From Candidatus Zhuqueibacterota bacterium (GTDB lineage Bacteria; Zhuqueibacterota; Zhuqueibacteria; Residuimicrobiales; Krinioviventaceae): 64,000 nucleotides of DNA. Numbering within the stretch: position 1 is the first letter of the stretch; each line of letters starts with the position of its first letter. The DNA lies in NCBI GenBank assembly GCA_016929295.1, contig JAFGJB010000061.1, positions 5,318 through 69,317 on the forward strand. Direction: 5' to 3'. The position numbers were made by a program, and so were the translations under genes. Of the stretch, positions 59,513 to 64,000 are shown in pieces. The notes beneath the pieces were generated by a model, which did no database searches, was not told where the DNA came from, and saw only the letters and a list, made by a program, of their open reading frames with translations.

Positions 59513-61453
59513 CTAAGATGTCGCGAGCCCTCCGAGCAGCTCCTCCAGCTCTTGCTGGGCGGCACCCCAGGCATCGACAGTGTCATCGAGATCACTGATG
59601 ATTTGATGATATTCCTTGTTCAAGGATGCAGCGGAGGCGTTCGATTTGTAAGATTGCGGATCTGCCAGCAACAGTTCCACCTGGCTTTTGCGTTGCTCCA
59701 GATCCTGAATGAGGTTTTCATATTTATCGATTGCAGTCAGCAGTTCATTCCGCCTTTTACTGATTGCCTGCCTCGCTTCGGCCTGTCGCCTTTTTTCGTC
59801 GCGGAATTTCCGGTTTTTTGGCGTTATGAGAATTTCCGCCGGGCGCCGGCGCTTTTTTTCCAGATAGGCGGTGTAATCTCCCTCATATTCGGTCAGCGCC
59901 CCTTTGTCCAGTTCGATGACCTTGTCAACAATTTTATCGAGAAAATATCTGTCGTGCGATATCAGAATCAGGGTGCCATCGTATGTCACCAGCGCTTTTT
60001 CCAGCGCCTCTTTGGAGCGGATATCGAGATGATTGGTCGGTTCGTCCATTATCAGGAAATTGACCGGCGACAGCAGTATCTTTGTCAATGACACGCGCGC
60101 CTTTTCGCCGCCGGAGAGGACGCCGATTTTTTTATAAATGTCATCGCCGCGCAATCCGAACAATCCCAGGATATGGCGAATGTTCGGCATCTGCCGCAGC
60201 GCGACAGCGCGCGCGACCTCGTCGTAAACGGTCGAGTTGACATCCAGAGCATCAACCTGATGCTGAGCATAGTAACCGATGGTCACTCGATTGCCAAAAA
60301 TGAGAGCGCCCTGCTGCGGTTCGAGTTGCCGGACCATCAACCGCGTCAGAGTGGTTTTGCCGGCGCCATTATCGCCGACGAGCGCAATTTTCTGACCGCG
60401 ATAAATGCGCAAATGGATATGCTGCAAAATCCATTCTTCAGCGTAACGAAAGGAGACATCATCGATGAAAAGGACATCCTTGTAGCTCGGCGTATCGACC
60501 GCCAACTGAAAATCAAGCTGGTGATCTGCTGCTTCGATTTCGATATCCGCCATTTTTTCCAATTGTTTGATCCGGCTCTGCACCTGGGCGGCCTTGGTGT
60601 TTTTATAGCGAAATCGATCGATGAAAACCTGCTGCTTTTGCTTTTCTTTTCGCAGCTGCGCCGACTTTTTCTCATCGAGTTCCCTCTTCTTATCCTTCTG
60701 CTGCTCATAAAAGTGATAATTGCCGGCATAATGGTGCAATTCGCCGGCGCGCAGTTCGCAAATTTCTTTGGCAACGCGATCGATGAAAAATCGATCATGC
60801 GATACGATGACGATGCTGCCGGCATAAGCCGACAAATAGTCCTCCAGCCATTCCAGGGAAGATAGATCGAGGTGGTTGGTGGGCTCATCCAGGAGCAGCA
60901 GATGGGGCTGCTGCAGCAAGAGACGCGCAAGATAGACGCGCATTCGCCAGCCGCCGCTCAACTCCTGCATGGATCGCCGATAGTCACGGGGCGCGAATCC
61001 GAGCCCCGCCAAAATTTCCATCCCCTCGCTTTCGAGTCGATAGCCGCCCGCATGCTCAAACTGATGCTCCAGTTTCGCCAGCATCTCCCCCACTTGCATC
61101 GCATCGCTCGCAGATTTTGCCACCTCAAGCCGTAACAACTCTATTTTATGTTCGAGCGCCAACAGATCGCCCCTGCCCTTGAGAACATAGTCAAGGATGG
61201 CGCCCGCTTCAAGATCAAGCTCTTCCTGCGGCAAATAGCCAATCTTGTATCCCTTCGGCTTCATGATCGTCCCGGACTGCGGCGAGAGCTCACCGGTCAT
61301 GATGCGCAGCAGGGTCGTCTTGCCGACGCCGTTGGCGCCGATCAGCGCAACACGCTTGCGTGGCGGAATGATCCAGTCGAGCCGGCGGATGAGCTCCCGG
61401 TCACCGATGGAATATGTAATCTCTTTGACATGCAGCATAGAAGAGGCTGTCAA
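59513..61453 (-). CDS. ABC-F family ribosome-associated ATPase (YheS/Uup-like)
   Basis: GANGVGKT, LSGGWRMR, DEPTNHLD (twice), GDNGAGKT, LSGGEKAR; no TM segments; C-terminal coiled coil. Confidence 0.92.
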   Translation of the reverse strand: MTASSMLHVKEITYSIGDRELIRRLDWIIPPRKRVALIGANGVGKTTLLRIMTGELSPQSGTIMKPKGYKIGYLPQEELDLEAGAILDYVLKGRGDLLALEHKIELLRLEVAKSASDAMQVGEMLAKLEHQFEHAGGYRLESEGMEILAGLGFAPRDYRRSMQELSGGWRMRVYLARLLLQQPHLLLLDEPTNHLDLSSLEWLEDYLSAYAGSIVIVSHDRFFIDRVAKEICELRAGELHHYAGNYHFYEQQKDKKRELDEKKSAQLRKEKQKQQVFIDRFRYKNTKAAQVQSRIKQLEKMADIEIEAADHQLDFQLAVDTPSYKDVLFIDDVSFRYAEEWILQHIHLRIYRGQKIALVGDNGAGKTTLTRLMVRQLEPQQGALIFGNRVTIGYYAQHQVDALDVNSTVYDEVARAVALRQMPNIRHILGLFGLRGDDIYKKIGVLSGGEKARVSLTKILLSPVNFLIMDEPTNHLDIRSKEALEKALVTYDGTLILISHDRYFLDKIVDKVIELDKGALTEYEGDYTAYLEKKRRRPAEILITPKNRKFRDEKRRQAEARQAISKRRNELLTAIDKYENLIQDLEQRKSQVELLLADPQSYKSNASAASLNKEYHQIISDLDDTVDAWGAAQQELEELLGGLATS

Positions 61454-61531
61454 TTAGCAACATCAATAATGGGTGAAAAAGGAGGAGAGCGCCGCAGCGC
61501 CCTCCTGAGGATAGTGCAGAAGGGGCAATGG

Positions 61532-62299
61532 CTATTCTTTCTCGAGCTCCTGTACGACATGATAGACATCTCTGTTGCCAATTTTGGCATGGTCGACGAA
61601 TTTGGTCTTTGTCCGATAGCCGGCGGCCGAAATTTGGATGATATGGTCTTCGTTTCTGCTCACATCGTAGCGTAAAGGCGATTGCCCGACGACTTTGTCG
61701 TCCACAATGATTTGGGCGTGCTCGGGCACCGTGTTGATTTGCAGCGTGACGACCTCACTGATTTGCGGGAGTTTTTGCGGCTCGTCGCGGCGCTGGCGCG
61801 CCGTGGTCGGCGCCGAGAAATCCTCCAGCCTGGCGGTGAAATACATGGTCCTGTTCACGGGCTCGCCGTTCGGGCGCTTGACAATCTCCGCTCGCACCAC
61901 GGTCTTTTTGTCATGTTGCACGCGCATGAGCTCTTCCGATTTAATTTCATATTTATCTTCTCCCCAGCCCACGTAGGCATAATAATACGCCTTCAGATCA
62001 TAATAACCCGGCCGCATGCGCAGGCGGTAGGTATATTCATTCTGCACATTTGAAACGAGCCAGTCAGGATTGATTTTGTGGTCATTAATGTAAAGATCGA
62101 GACGATTCTTATAACTGCTTCCCTCGTCGGCAACATTGTCGATGATGATGATGACATTTTCCTCGACCTGTTCCGGAAGTTCCAACTGCTTCACCGGTCG
62201 AATGGCATTGTATGCTTCATCGACGGTGACCTGTCCCTTGCAGCCGACGAGCAACCATGCTGCCAAAAGGAGCAGCGCGCCCGACAGATATCTTTTCAT
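61532..62299 (-). CDS. PEGA-domain lipoprotein
   Basis: Lipobox LVGC; C-terminal INTVPEHAQIIVDDKVVGQSPL..H.I.ISAAGY. Confidence 0.8.
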   Translation of the reverse strand: MKRYLSGALLLLAAWLLVGCKGQVTVDEAYNAIRPVKQLELPEQVEENVIIIIDNVADEGSSYKNRLDLYINDHKINPDWLVSNVQNEYTYRLRMRPGYYDLKAYYYAYVGWGEDKYEIKSEELMRVQHDKKTVVRAEIVKRPNGEPVNRTMYFTARLEDFSAPTTARQRRDEPQKLPQISEVVTLQINTVPEHAQIIVDDKVVGQSPLRYDVSRNEDHIIQISAAGYRTKTKFVDHAKIGNRDVYHVVQELEKE

Positions 62300-62377
62300 T
62301 TTTTGCCTCCGTGACGATATAATTCAGGAATTCATCTATTTGACGAAACGATCATGAGAATGTTTACGATGCTGCTA

Positions 62378-64000
62378 TTAAAACGATTGAACAGTGTCCT
62401 TTATTTCTTCCTCCTCGCCGTCAAGAGCAGAGAGAATGATCTGGTGCGGCACAGCCCGCAGTGCGCCCCATTCCTGCCACTGGCCGGGCAACTGCTGCAA
62501 CTGTTCGATGACGGCCGGCAATTGCGCGGGCAGAATCCAGCGAAAATCGCTGATATTTTCGCCCTCATCTTGCGCCCGCGGCGCCCCATCGTCGACAGCT
62601 ATGTCAAATATATAGGAGAGAAACAGCGCCGTCTGCTCTTGACAGCGAAATTCATAGAGCAACAGCGCCAGCAACCGAGACGACACGGCGCGCAAACTTG
62701 TCTCTTCAGCCAGTTCTCGCTCGAGAGCGTCGATGGCGCTTTCATCCGCCCGAATGCCGCCCGTCGGGATCCGATAGGCATCCGGCGGATAGAATGACTT
62801 GGTGTGCAAGAGGATGGCGTCCTGGCGGTTGCGGATGAACAGCACGACCTCACCACGCCGCTGCGTTTCACCGTACAGGCGAACACGCCATTGTGCAAAG
62901 TGTTGCTCGCCAAGAGTGAGGCGGGTGTGATAAAATGTCGTCGGCCCGTATTTTTCGTGCAGATCAACTATCTCATCACGCAAGACATCCGCGATGCGCG
63001 CTCGGGCGCAAAAATCGTTCAACTCAAGCTCTTCGTGCATACCAGGCTCTCTTTCCGCCGCTTCAGCGGTCAGGTCGTTGTTCTTGACCCATTGGAATTT
63101 CACCCGCAGGGTTTTGGAATAATATTTTTCCAGCACATCATAGTCCACCCGATTCCCCCAGTTGTAAAATATTCTCGGATCGATATACGATTTCTGGCTG
63201 GTCACCAGGTTCCAGGTGCGATTTTCCATGGCGATCGCCATCTGTGCCCGCAGCCTGCCCAACGCGGCCTGCGCGCGCGCCTCGCGACCTGCGGCATTTT
63301 CGATGCGCTCTTTGAGAGCATCGATTTTTTGTGTGTATCTCACGGCCAATTTTTTCGCCTGGGCGCGATCGCGGCACCTTTTTTTCTTCTCGGCAAACTC
63401 TTTTTTGACGTTGTTCAGCGTCGATTTGTGCTCTTTGGCAAGCTCTGCAATTTTTTTGACATTTTCGGCCGCCGATTTTTCGCGCTCCTTATACCGTCTT
63501 TTGCGCTCACCCCAATTCTTCGGCGCCTGGCGGGTGTGGTTGCAGAGGATAGCCGCTTGCGTATTTGCCTGGGTCGCTGCCTCCCACTTTTTATACTCTG
63601 GATCGTGGCGCGATATAGCGGCGGCGTCCAGGTTGTCGCGCACGACCTGGCTGGCGTGATGCGTCCGGAACACCTTGGCGGTCAGCCCCGGCATGACTTG
63701 CGACAAAAAGGCATTGACGTTGCGGCTGCTGACATCCGGGAAGAGCTGCGGCCGGTTGTAGACCGAGTGTTTTTTTGCGCTGGCCGATGACGGCCTGGCA
63801 TTCTCCACGAGCTCTTGCAGATTTGCGATGACGCGTTGCGGCAGGGCAATTTTTTTATGCCACAGAACCGAGTCCTTGCCTAAAAAACGGAACTCGACGA
63901 CGTCCGTATGAATTTTGATATGCTCCGGCCTCAGGGTCGTTGCGCCGACGGTGTCGGCTTCGTCCGGATCCTTTTCGTCGCCGACACGCAGACAGAGCTC
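62378..64000 (-). CDS. top1: Eukaryote/archaeal-type DNA topoisomerase IB fused to a C-terminal NUDIX hydrolase (5' end beyond the window)
   Basis: Frame is open to the window edge: ELCLRVGDEKDPDEADTVGATTLRPEHI..FLGKDS..GLTAKVFRTHHAS..AAILCNH..[K/E/R-rich linker]..TSQKSYIDPRI..KYYSKTLRVKFQW; then Nudix box GGIRADESAIDALERELAEETSL. Confidence 0.92.
   Translation of the reverse strand, partial: ELCLRVGDEKDPDEADTVGATTLRPEHIKIHTDVVEFRFLGKDSVLWHKKIALPQRVIANLQELVENARPSSASAKKHSVYNRPQLFPDVSSRNVNAFLSQVMPGLTAKVFRTHHASQVVRDNLDAAAISRHDPEYKKWEAATQANTQAAILCNHTRQAPKNWGERKRRYKEREKSAAENVKKIAELAKEHKSTLNNVKKEFAEKKKRCRDRAQAKKLAVRYTQKIDALKERIENAAGREARAQAALGRLRAQMAIAMENRTWNLVTSQKSYIDPRIFYNWGNRVDYDVLEKYYSKTLRVKFQWVKNNDLTAEAAEREPGMHEELELNDFCARARIADVLRDEIVDLHEKYGPTTFYHTRLTLGEQHFAQWRVRLYGETQRRGEVVLFIRNRQDAILLHTKSFYPPDAYRIPTGGIRADESAIDALERELAEETSLRAVSSRLLALLLYEFRCQEQTALFLSYIFDIAVDDGAPRAQDEGENISDFRWILPAQLPAVIEQLQQLPGQWQEWGALRAVPHQIILSALDGEEEEIKDTVQSF

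Overview
A 64-kb, gene-dense bacterial chromosomal region using the standard genetic code. Lipoproteins, Tat substrates, outer-membrane barrels and proteins with T9SS/FlgD-like C-terminal tails suggest a diderm FCB-group organism such as KSB1 or Calditrichota (inference). Housekeeping content: a SecA paralogue, orphan rnfB-nifU, rapA, recQ, B12-dependent nrdJ with two NrdR boxes, clpS-clpA and an ABC-F ATPase. Carbohydrate content: a sugar ABC importer, a DUF5060/DUF4038 protein with an FGGY kinase, a sugar-acid cluster (GH127, kinase, DHDPS-like aldolase, GntP, YagF dehydratase) and BT2156/BT2159-like keto-glycoside enzymes. No rRNA, tRNA, CRISPR array or transposase was seen. The standout is the last gene (62378->64000, minus strand, 5' end outside the window). 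It encodes a eukaryote/TACK-archaea-type DNA topoisomerase IB with all five catalytic residues, the AILCNH motif, a coiled-coil linker and a distal catalytic Tyr, rather than the short poxvirus-like TopIB typical of bacteria. It is fused in frame to a C-terminal NUDIX hydrolase and has Ser at the position of human Asn722, the camptothecin-resistance site. Other oddities: a 124-aa protein that is about 65% Asp/Glu with 7 Trp, a SecA paralogue with a hydrophobic tail, and a radical-SAM enzyme carrying a Pol-beta-like HhH domain. All family calls come from motif recognition by eye; no searches were run.
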